From contig OZ240248.1 in assembly GCA_965198235.1 (NCBI GenBank), positions 2,080,001 through 2,144,000 of the forward strand: a stretch of 64,000 nt of DNA, read 5' to 3'. The notes beneath the pieces were generated by a model. That model was given only the letters and a program-made list of their open reading frames with translations. It did no database searches and was not told where the DNA came from. Position 1 is the stretch's first letter, and each line of letters opens with the position of its first letter. The translations under genes were made by a program, and so were the position numbers. The DNA comes from Candidatus Poribacteria bacterium (GTDB lineage: Bacteria > Poribacteria > WGA-4E > WGA-3G). This document shows, in pieces, positions 29,257-37,854 of this stretch.

Positions 29257-31194
29257 ATGGCTAACGGAAACGGGAAACCCAACAAGGTTAAACAACTTGT
29301 CAAACCGCATATTCTACTGATTGGGCTGGTACTCGTCGCTTTTAATAGCTACTGGTGCCTGATGGGGACAGAAGTGTGGCACTCTACGCAGTTGACGATC
29401 GCCTCACTGTTCTTCAATGCGGTTTTCACCCTCTTCGTCTTCGTACTTGCCAATCTATTGCTACAGCGATTCCTGCCGCGTCTGGCGATGTCACAAGCCG
29501 ACTTGCAAACCATCTATGTGATGGTCGTGATGGTATCAACCATCAGCGGGCATACCATGATGGGGTACCTTATCCCCGTCCTCACGCATACATTTCAGTT
29601 CGCAACCCCCGAAAATGAGTGGCTATCGCTCTTTGGAAACAATATCCCCAGTTGGATCGCAATCAAAAGCCCACGTATCTTAGACGGGTTCTACAACGGC
29701 GATTCTACCCTCTACATCTCTGCTACGCTAAACGCATGGATCCCGCCGGTGCTTGCTTGGTCGAGTTTCGTTATCGCGCTCTGGCTGACGTTATTAGCGG
29801 TAACGATCTTTCTCCGAAAACAGTGGACGGAAAATGAACGGTTGAACTATCCGATCGTCCAACTCCCGTTGGCATTGACGAGTAACCCAAAACGCTTTTT
29901 TACTTCGCCGTGGATGTGGCTCGGTTTTGCACTTGCGGGGAGTGCAGAATTGCTAAATGGGCTAAGTTTCCTGTTTCCAGAAATCCCCTCCCTACCTATC
30001 AGAAACAGAACGCTTGGACAATTCAGTTCAAAGCCGTGGAGTGCGATGGGACCCATTCGTATCTCCTTCTATCCATTTAGCATCGGGTTGATGTTCTTCA
30101 CGCCGCTGGATCTCTCGTTTTCGTGCTGGTTTTTCTGGTTACTGACCCGTGTTCAGATGATAGTGACAGATATGCTCGGCGCACGCGATATCTATAGGTT
30201 TGAACAGCAGACGGGTGCTTGGATTGCGTTTGGATGCATCCCGTTATGGATGGGACGACGGCACTATGGACGTATTATCCGTAAAGTTTTCGGAATCGCA
30301 CAACGCCGCGGCGAACCACCACCTGACGATTCTGGAGAACCGATGCGCTATCGGACTGCAGCGGGCCTGTTCGCCGTAGGGTTGATGTGCCTTTTCTTCT
30401 TCTGTTTTCAAATGGGGATGACCTTCTGGGCAATCGGACTCTTTTTTTTCTTCTACTTTCCAATGATTATCGGCATCACCCGTGTTCGCGCCGAAATTGG
30501 ACCGCCACTTCATCAACTCATCCTTGTCGATCCAGGAAGGACGATGGTCCTGGCGTTAGGCACACGCCGACTCGGTGCCGCCAATCTGACAGGCTTGACG
30601 TTCCTCTATCCCTTTGTTCGCTGTTTCCGGGCGCATCCGACGCCGAGTGAATTGGAGGCGTTCCGTCTGGCAGAACGGAGCCAAATCGGGTATCGACAAC
30701 TGCTCATCGGGATGATCTTGGCGATTGTGTTCGGTATCCTGATAACGTTCTGGGCGTACCTGCACGTCCTCTACGATATGGGAGCAGGCAGCAAAGCACG
30801 CGGCTGGATTATCTATATGGGGTGGGAAACATTTAACCGCTTGCAAACATGGCTTGTCAGTCCGCGAGAGACGGGCGGACCGGAACTCGGCGTTATCGGC
30901 AGCAGCTTCCTGTTTACGATATTCCTGATGATTATGAAGATCCGGTTTCTCTGGTGGCCGTTACACCCTGGCGGTTATGTGTTAGTCAGTGGCACCGGGA
31001 TGGGAAGATTATGGTTTACAATCTTCCTGAGTTGGTTAGCGAAGGCAATCGTGTTAAAGATTGGCGGTGTGAAACTTTACCGACAAGCCGTGCCGTTCTT
31101 TTTGGGGCTAATCTTAGGGGACTACACGCTCGGGTGTGTCTGGAGCCTCATCGGACTGGTGCTGGAAATACCGACCTATATTGTGTGGCATTGA
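29257..31194 (+). CDS. Polytopic membrane protein (DUF6785/DUF6784-type, OPT-like putative transporter), paralogue 1
   Basis: RKQWTENERLNYPIVQLP, WWPLHPGGY, PFFLGLILGD; many TM segments. Confidence 0.8.
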   Translation: MANGNGKPNKVKQLVKPHILLIGLVLVAFNSYWCLMGTEVWHSTQLTIASLFFNAVFTLFVFVLANLLLQRFLPRLAMSQADLQTIYVMVVMVSTISGHTMMGYLIPVLTHTFQFATPENEWLSLFGNNIPSWIAIKSPRILDGFYNGDSTLYISATLNAWIPPVLAWSSFVIALWLTLLAVTIFLRKQWTENERLNYPIVQLPLALTSNPKRFFTSPWMWLGFALAGSAELLNGLSFLFPEIPSLPIRNRTLGQFSSKPWSAMGPIRISFYPFSIGLMFFTPLDLSFSCWFFWLLTRVQMIVTDMLGARDIYRFEQQTGAWIAFGCIPLWMGRRHYGRIIRKVFGIAQRRGEPPPDDSGEPMRYRTAAGLFAVGLMCLFFFCFQMGMTFWAIGLFFFFYFPMIIGITRVRAEIGPPLHQLILVDPGRTMVLALGTRRLGAANLTGLTFLYPFVRCFRAHPTPSELEAFRLAERSQIGYRQLLIGMILAIVFGILITFWAYLHVLYDMGAGSKARGWIIYMGWETFNRLQTWLVSPRETGGPELGVIGSSFLFTIFLMIMKIRFLWWPLHPGGYVLVSGTGMGRLWFTIFLSWLAKAIVLKIGGVKLYRQAVPFFLGLILGDYTLGCVWSLIGLVLEIPTYIVWH

Positions 31195-31267
31195 GGCACA
31201 TCTCCGCTTGCAAACTTACCCAAAACACAGTATAATAGACGGAAACTTGTGCTGAGGTGCTACTCAA

Positions 31268-32002
31268 TTGAGCGACGTTCCCAAAACACATCCCCGATAC
31301 CTTTCATTGACATTACGAGATACCATCGTTGCAGGCGTAGAACAAGGGATTACCTCTGTCCACGGCTTGATCGCGCACGGACGTGGCGAGGCTTTCGATT
31401 ACCTCATCGGGGAAGCGACACAACCGTTCGCAACGGAGGCGATCCACGCTGCCGCGGCGATGCTCCACCTTGCCGAACACCCTGTCATCTCCGTCAACGG
31501 GAATGTGGCAGCGTTGGCACCTGAAAGACTCATCGAACTGGGAAAAGTCCTGAACGCACCTTTAGAAGTGAACATCTTTCATACAGAAACAGGACGGGAA
31601 CAAAAAATCCGAGAGTATCTACTGAAGCACGGCGCGCCGGACGTGCTGATGCCTACAACCGAGGCACAACTCTCCTATATCGACTCCAATCGGAAGTTCG
31701 TGCATCCAGAGGGCATTTTTAAAGCGGATGTCGTCTTCGTGCCACTTGAGGACGGCGACCGATGCGAAGCACTTCGGAAGATGGGCAAAGCGGTCGTGAC
31801 CGTCGATCTGAACCCGATGTCGCGCACCGCGAAACAAGCAAGTATCACAATCGTGGATAACGTCGTGCGAGCATTACCTCTGTTATGCGAAGAGATTCGG
31901 AACCTCAACGATCCCACAGCACAGGACACTCTGAAAAGATATAGCAACGAAGCGGTGTTACAGGAAGCGTTACGGCACATCAGCGGGAGCGGGAATGACT
32001 AA
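31268..32002 (+). CDS. Archaeal-type phosphopantothenate synthetase (COG1701)
   Basis: HPRYLSL, GLIAHGRGEAFDYLIGE, ISVNGN, VPLEDGDR, DLNPMSRT. Confidence 0.93.
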   Translation: MSDVPKTHPRYLSLTLRDTIVAGVEQGITSVHGLIAHGRGEAFDYLIGEATQPFATEAIHAAAAMLHLAEHPVISVNGNVAALAPERLIELGKVLNAPLEVNIFHTETGREQKIREYLLKHGAPDVLMPTTEAQLSYIDSNRKFVHPEGIFKADVVFVPLEDGDRCEALRKMGKAVVTVDLNPMSRTAKQASITIVDNVVRALPLLCEEIRNLNDPTAQDTLKRYSNEAVLQEALRHISGSGND

Positions 32003-33920
32003 CGGAAATGGAAAAATCAACCTCGTCAAACCGCACATTCTGCTGATTGGGTTGGTGCTCGTTGCTTTTAATAGTTACTGGTGCCTGATGGGGACAGAGG
32101 TGTGGCACTCTACGCAGTTGACGATCGCTTCTCTGTTCTTCAATGCGGTTTTTACCCTCCTCATCTTCGTGCTTGTCAATCTACTGTTCCAACGGTTCCT
32201 GCCTCGTCTGGCAATGTCGGAAGCGGATTTGCAAACCATCTACGTGATGGTGGTGATGCTGACGACTATCAGCGGACATACGATGATGGGCTATCTGATC
32301 CCCGTCCTCGCACACGCCTTTCAGTTCGCAACACCAGAGAACGAATGGATTCCACTTTTTGGGCATCACGTCCCGACGTGGATCGCCATCAAAAGTCCAC
32401 GCATCTTGGACGGGTTCTACGAGGGAGATTCCACACTCTACACCTCTGGCACTTTAGACGCATGGGTACCACCGGTGCTTGCTTGGTCGAGTTTCGTCAT
32501 CGCGCTTTGGCTAACGTTATTGGCAGTGACGGTCTTTCTTCGGAAACAGTGGACCGAAAATGAACGCCTGAACTATCCGATCGTCCAACTCCCGTTGGCA
32601 CTGACGAGCAACCCGAAACGATTCTTTACTTCCCCGTGGATGTGGCTCGGCTTCGCACTCGCAGGGAGTGCGGAATTGCTGAACGGCTTAAACTATCTGT
32701 TTCCCGATATACCTGCCCTACCGATTAAAGGCAAAACGATCGGGCAATTCAGCTCAAAGCCGTGGAGTGCGATGGGACCGATTCACATCTCCTTCTACCC
32801 GTTTAGTATCGGTTTGATGTTCTTTACGCCGTTAGACCTCTCATTTTCCTGTTGGTTTTTCTGGCTTTTCAGTCGCATTCAATTGATTGTAACGGACGCG
32901 TTCGGGGCACGGAATATCTACCATCTCGAACAACAGACGGGTGCTTGGATAGCGTTCGGATGTATCCCACTGTGGATAGGACGGCGACACTACGGACGCA
33001 TTCTTCGGAAGGTCTTCGGTATTGCACAACGCCGTGGTGAGCCACCACCTGACGATTCTCGTGAACCGATGCGCTATCGGACTGCGGCGGGGCTGTTCAC
33101 CGTCGGGATACTGTTTCTCTTCTTCTTCTGTAATCAGATGGGTATGACCTTCTGGGCAATTGGGCTCTTTTTTCTCTTCTACTTCCCACTGGTTATCGGC
33201 ATCACGCGTATCCGTGCTGAAATTGGACCACCGTTGCATCAACTCATCTTTGTTGATCCGGGAAGGACGATGGTCCTGGCGTTAGGCACACGCCGACTCG
33301 GGGCAGCCAACCTGACGGGCTTGACGTTCCTCTATCCGTTTGTTCGCTGTTTCCGGGCACATCCGACACCGAGTGAATTGGAGGCGTTCCGCTTGGCAGA
33401 ACGGAGCCAAATCGGGTATCGGCAACTGCTTATCGGGATGATCTTGGCGATTGTGTTCGGTATCCTGATAACGTTCTGGGCGTACCTGCACGTCCTCTAC
33501 GATATGGGAGCAGGCAGCAAAGCACGTGGCTGGATTGTCTATATGGGGTGGGAAACGTTCAACCGCCTGCAGACGTGGCTTGTCAGTCCACGGGAGACGA
33601 GTGTGCCGGAACTCGGTGTTATCAGCGGTAGTTTCCTGTTTACGATATTCCTGATGATTATGAAGATCCGATTCCTGTGGTGGCCCCTGCATCCGGGCGG
33701 CTATGTCCTCGTGAGTGGCACGGGAATGGGCGGTTTGTGGTTTCCGATCTTCCTCAGCTGGTTGGCGAAAGCGACTGTGTTGAAGATTGGCGGCGTGAAA
33801 CTTTACCGACAGGCGGTGCCGTTCTTTTTAGGATTAATCTTGGGAGATTATACACTTGGGTGCGTGTGGAGCTTGATCGGATTGGTACTGGAGATGCCGA
33901 CCTACATTGTGTGGCATTGA
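31995..33920 (+). CDS. Polytopic membrane protein (DUF6785/DUF6784-type), paralogue 2
   Basis: Highly similar to 29257-31194. Confidence 0.8.
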   Translation: MTNGNGKINLVKPHILLIGLVLVAFNSYWCLMGTEVWHSTQLTIASLFFNAVFTLLIFVLVNLLFQRFLPRLAMSEADLQTIYVMVVMLTTISGHTMMGYLIPVLAHAFQFATPENEWIPLFGHHVPTWIAIKSPRILDGFYEGDSTLYTSGTLDAWVPPVLAWSSFVIALWLTLLAVTVFLRKQWTENERLNYPIVQLPLALTSNPKRFFTSPWMWLGFALAGSAELLNGLNYLFPDIPALPIKGKTIGQFSSKPWSAMGPIHISFYPFSIGLMFFTPLDLSFSCWFFWLFSRIQLIVTDAFGARNIYHLEQQTGAWIAFGCIPLWIGRRHYGRILRKVFGIAQRRGEPPPDDSREPMRYRTAAGLFTVGILFLFFFCNQMGMTFWAIGLFFLFYFPLVIGITRIRAEIGPPLHQLIFVDPGRTMVLALGTRRLGAANLTGLTFLYPFVRCFRAHPTPSELEAFRLAERSQIGYRQLLIGMILAIVFGILITFWAYLHVLYDMGAGSKARGWIVYMGWETFNRLQTWLVSPRETSVPELGVISGSFLFTIFLMIMKIRFLWWPLHPGGYVLVSGTGMGGLWFPIFLSWLAKATVLKIGGVKLYRQAVPFFLGLILGDYTLGCVWSLIGLVLEMPTYIVWH

Positions 33921-33988
33921 GGTAAAACCTGCTTGACACTCAGCACAAATTTATGCTAAAATTCAGAAAACGAAGGAGGGAGTAAAAA

Positions 33989-34402
33989 ATGGAACATACA
34001 ACCCGAATTGAACTCGAAAATCTAAAAGATCTGTATTTGGCAGAAGCAGGCGTTATCAGCTCCGAGGATGGGCGGCGACTCACCATCAATGATGCCCTCG
34101 TTGATACCGGGGCAACGGAACTCTGTTTACCCAAATCATTCATTGAGCAACTCGGACTCGCTCCGCTCCGAAAAATCCGGGCGCAGACCGCGAATGGCAC
34201 CATAGAACGCACCGTTTACTCAGAGGTGAAATATACCGTCTTAGAACGAAGCCACTCTATTCAGGTAACAGACCTCCCTGAGGACGCTCCCGTCCTTGTT
34301 GGACACATGATCTTGGAAGCCCTTGATCTCTGTGTTGACATGAAAAAGGGATTGATTCATAATCCAGCACACGGTGGGGCATGGATGATAAAAATCCTCT
34401 AA
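33989..34402 (+). CDS. Clan AA (retroviral-like) aspartyl protease
   Basis: ALVDTGATELCLP, TANG, VLVGHMILE. Confidence 0.85.
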   Translation: MEHTTRIELENLKDLYLAEAGVISSEDGRRLTINDALVDTGATELCLPKSFIEQLGLAPLRKIRAQTANGTIERTVYSEVKYTVLERSHSIQVTDLPEDAPVLVGHMILEALDLCVDMKKGLIHNPAHGGAWMIKIL

Positions 34403-34447
34403 CGGCGTGCAAATACTGCGAGAAACTTTATTTAACCAATACCGCCT

Positions 34448-35590
34448 ATGAAGACTACCCATAATATTCTTTTCCAAGATGCACGAGATTTGAAAGAAAT
34501 TCCTTCAGAAAGCGTTGATCTGGTCGTTACCTCTCCGCCGTACCCTATGATTAGCATGTGGGATGAAATGTTTAGTCATCAGAATCCAGAAATTCAGGAT
34601 GCGTTAGCACGCGGTGATGGTAAACGGGCTTATGCGCTGATGCACGAGATTCTCGATTCTGTATGGAGTGAAGTATTCAGAGTTTTAAAGGATGGTAGAT
34701 TTGCTTGCATCAATATCGGTGATGCGACAAGGAAGGTCCGAGATGATTTTTGTTTGTATCCAAACCACGCGAGAATCTTGAATCACCTCTTAAGTATTGG
34801 GTTTTCAGCGCTACCCGATATCCTCTGGCGAAAACAGGCGAATACTCCGAATAAATTTATGGGGTCAGGCATGCTGCCTGCGGGTGCTTATGTGACGCTG
34901 GAACATGAATACATTCTGATAGTCAGGAAAGGCTCCAAAAGGGAATTTAGAACAGAGGACGAAAAAGAGAACAGACGCGAAAGTGCTCTGTTTTGGGAAG
35001 AGAGGAATATCTGGTATTCGGATGTTTGGACGAATATCAAGGGAACAGATCAGAGACTCCCGAAGGCGATGTCGCGATTGAGAAGTGCAGCATTTCCATT
35101 TGATTTGGCTTATCGACTGATTAATATGTATTCTGTGAAAGGTGATGTGATACTTGATCCGTTTTTGGGTACAGGAACCACGACCGCAGCTGCGATGACA
35201 TCAGGGCGCAACAGTATCGGGGTTGAAATTGACGAGAGTTTTCAACATGTTATATGTCCGGTTACACACCATATTGTCGATTTTTCAAACGATTATTTGT
35301 CCAACAGGTTGCTGAGACACGCTGAGTTTGTCAAGAACCGGATCCAAAACTCGGGAGCGTTAAAATATACAAATAAGTCTTACGGCTGTCCGGTGGTAAC
35401 GAGCCAAGAGCAGTTTATTTTGTTGAATGCCTTAAAATCGGTTCAAGCATGCGGAGATAATATCTTTGAGGTCATGTATTCAACGGAACCGCAAACTTGG
35501 GATGTGGAGCAACCCTCGGAATCCGTGGTCAGGAATAAAATGAAGGCTCACGCAAAACCTTTTCAACTCAGTATGTTGAAGGCACAGTGA
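34448..35590 (+). CDS. DNA methyltransferase, beta class (likely N4-cytosine)
   Basis: LVVTSPPY precedes LDPFLGTGTT. Confidence 0.9.
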   Translation: MKTTHNILFQDARDLKEIPSESVDLVVTSPPYPMISMWDEMFSHQNPEIQDALARGDGKRAYALMHEILDSVWSEVFRVLKDGRFACINIGDATRKVRDDFCLYPNHARILNHLLSIGFSALPDILWRKQANTPNKFMGSGMLPAGAYVTLEHEYILIVRKGSKREFRTEDEKENRRESALFWEERNIWYSDVWTNIKGTDQRLPKAMSRLRSAAFPFDLAYRLINMYSVKGDVILDPFLGTGTTTAAAMTSGRNSIGVEIDESFQHVICPVTHHIVDFSNDYLSNRLLRHAEFVKNRIQNSGALKYTNKSYGCPVVTSQEQFILLNALKSVQACGDNIFEVMYSTEPQTWDVEQPSESVVRNKMKAHAKPFQLSMLKAQ

Positions 35591-35615
35591 CTTCATATTG
35601 TACAAAGGGCTATGT

Positions 35616-36197
35616 ATGCAAATTAAATTAAAAAATGCTGAGATTCAGGAGTATGTGAACGCTCCTGCGTCTGACTTTCCCAAGTACACGACCCAATTAA
35701 TGAATATCGCAAATCAAAATTCTCAGGCTACGCGACCGAGGCACGTTGGACAATTAAGCGAACTGATTCAGGAATTTCCGGGACAAACTTTTGAAGAATG
35801 GGTTACATGGTATCAAGAACAATATCCCGATGCAATTGATGAGGCGACAGATCGAATAATCTCAATGATAGAAAACTTCAACAAAGCTATCGGCAAAATT
35901 GACCGAACCTTGGTTAAATCATGGGTAGAGGATCTTATTCTGGTCAAAACGTTCGCGGGACTTAAGTTTCAGGAGGCAATCCTGAAAAAGTTGGCGGAAA
36001 TAAGAGGCTGTGACTACCGTTTGGCAGAACCTCATGAAGAATCCCAAGGTATAGATGGGTTTGTAGGCGAAGAAGCGTATTCTATCAAGCCCAGCACCTA
36101 TGATTCAATGCCAACTTTAGCGGAATCTATAGAAGTGAAGATGATTGTTTACGAAAAAAAGGCGGATGGTGTAGTGTTTGAAATGCCGGAAGAGTAG
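35616..36197 (+). CDS. MjaI-family type II restriction endonuclease
   Basis: FPKYTTQLMN.ANQNSQATRP..VGQLSELIQEF and ESQGIDGF...SIKP; adjacent to the MTase. Confidence 0.82.
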   Translation: MQIKLKNAEIQEYVNAPASDFPKYTTQLMNIANQNSQATRPRHVGQLSELIQEFPGQTFEEWVTWYQEQYPDAIDEATDRIISMIENFNKAIGKIDRTLVKSWVEDLILVKTFAGLKFQEAILKKLAEIRGCDYRLAEPHEESQGIDGFVGEEAYSIKPSTYDSMPTLAESIEVKMIVYEKKADGVVFEMPEE

Positions 36198-36447
36198 GGG
36201 CACATCCATCTGTGGATCTTGTCGATACAAGAGTCTGTAGATTAGGTTGGACAGAATGAAAAAGACAGCTCTAAAGGAGATGCAAGAATGGCTCACGTTT
36301 GGAGAAAAAAATATAAAAGCCGCAATAGAATCCTGGATAAATTCTACACGAAACAGGAAGTAGTCAAAAGGTGTTTAGATGAAGTGAATAAATTACCTTA
36401 CCTATATGATTGCGTGATAGAACCGTCTGCGGGGGATGCTGCTTTTT

Positions 36448-36862
36448 GTGATAGACCCCACCCTAAAGGGCGAGGCTTCCGCGATTTCTGCGGAAGCTTT
36501 CATGCGATCAACGACCGCTGCTTTCTCTGAAAGACTTATGCAGCCTACTGCAACAGACGCTACCCCGACTGCGACACAAAAGTGTCCTTACGAAAAGTTT
36601 GTAATGCGTCATGTCTCGCAACAATCGTGTTGGGCCTTGAGTCCGCTATCCACGAAAAACGCATGTCGAGCTGCGATTTATTGATAGATGACCGTTTTCA
36701 GAGCTTTACACTATAGGAACGCTATCAAGAGCTTCGCAACTACAGCCTCTATAGCAACCTTACACTCTGAAATTATTATAGCAGATTCAACAACTTGTGT
36801 CAAGAAAAAACAGCGTCTACATCTCCAAGCTAAAGCATGGAGTTTTGACGCTGAAAAGGTTG
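36448..36862 (-). mobile_element. 415-bp non-autonomous IS200/IS605 element E3 (promoter plus omegaRNA-like region, no tnpB/tnpA)
   Basis: Minus strand reads TTAT|CAACC...AAAA-CTCCATGCTTTAGCTTGGAG ... GAAG-CCTCGCCCTTTAGGGTGGGG-TCTATCAC|. Confidence 0.9.
36775..36803 (-). promoter_or_regulatory. Perfect sigma70 promoter inside E3
   Basis: TTGACA-17-TATAAT. Confidence 0.8.
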
Positions 36863-37510
36863 ATAAAAATATCGAACATGACACCAAAATAGGAATTGAT
36901 ATTGATCCGCGACATGATGAGATTATCAAAGATGACTGGTTCAATTACAATATTAGTGAAATGTATGAGCGCGTATTGGTTATAGGGAATCCGCCGTTTG
37001 GTCAATATCAGAAGCTATCTTCAAAATTTATATCCCATGCCCTCTCATTTCGTAATGTCCAAACAATTGCTTTTATTTTGCCAGATGTTTATAGGAAACA
37101 TACACGGCAAAAAATATTGCCATATCATTGGAGAATAGTCTCCATTACTGAATTAGGAAGGAATTGTTTTACATTAGAAGGGAGGGAATATCATGTGCCT
37201 GCAAGTTTCTTCATTTTTGATAAATCAGAAGGAAAAGATTTAAGAGTTAATCCTAATGCCTACACAGAAACGAATGATTTTAGATTCTCCAATAAAGATG
37301 ATTTTGACATATTTGTATTTGGTGCTTCTCCAAGAAGAATTACAAAAACTCCGACACCAAACAATCGAGGATACTTCCTTAAGTCAAAAATTCCAGTAGA
37401 AGAGTTAATGTCTAAAATCAAAGCAGTTGATTGGAATGGATATTCTTGTGCAAATGGCGGTGTATATTGGCTAACAAAATTTGAATTTTTGGAACAATAT
37501 ATAAAATGCC

Positions 37511-37744
37511 ATGAACCCAATAGAACTAACAGTCTCCGATGATGGGGCGACGACATTTGTTTTAACACATGCAGAAATGATGTTAGAAATGGATAAGCTT
37601 AAAGCCTCTCCCGCACATGGAACTCGAAAAGCTTTAGAAGATAATAAAACTATAGAATATATGATGACTGTAAAAAGGGGTTCCGCGGATTGGGATAGAT
37701 GGATTAGCAACTATCGCAAAGAGGATGATATTTTTCAATTGTGA
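37511..37744 (+). CDS. Hypothetical protein
   Basis: 77-aa ORF overlapping the MTase 3' end; may be a gene remnant. Confidence 0.4.
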   Translation: MNPIELTVSDDGATTFVLTHAEMMLEMDKLKASPAHGTRKALEDNKTIEYMMTVKRGSADWDRWISNYRKEDDIFQL

Positions 37745-37854
37745 AACAGAATGAAAGAAAAAGATCGAAGTATTATGAACATTTTGACCGCGTTTTTCTA
37801 TTCTCACTGCGAAGCAATGTCGCCCCGCTGGGGCTGCGGAAAGAGTCCCTGTCT

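Larger units (their letters stand above)
36288..37542 (+). pseudogene. Amino (N6-A-type) DNA methyltransferase interrupted by element E3
   Basis: DKFYTK and IEPSAGD in the 5' part, VIGNPPFG in the 3' part; removing 36448-36862 restores ...GDAAFYKNIEHD... Confidence 0.9.

Noticed and set aside
36448-36862. E3 as an IStron or self-splicing intron that restores the MTase
   Set aside because: The element is antisense to the host gene and I found no group I core or group II domain V; a DNA-level IS200/IS605 derivative explains it fully.
36688-36864. N-terminal part of ORF 36688-37542 as genuine protein sequence
   Set aside because: It is read-through of E3 DNA; the true N-terminus is at 36288.
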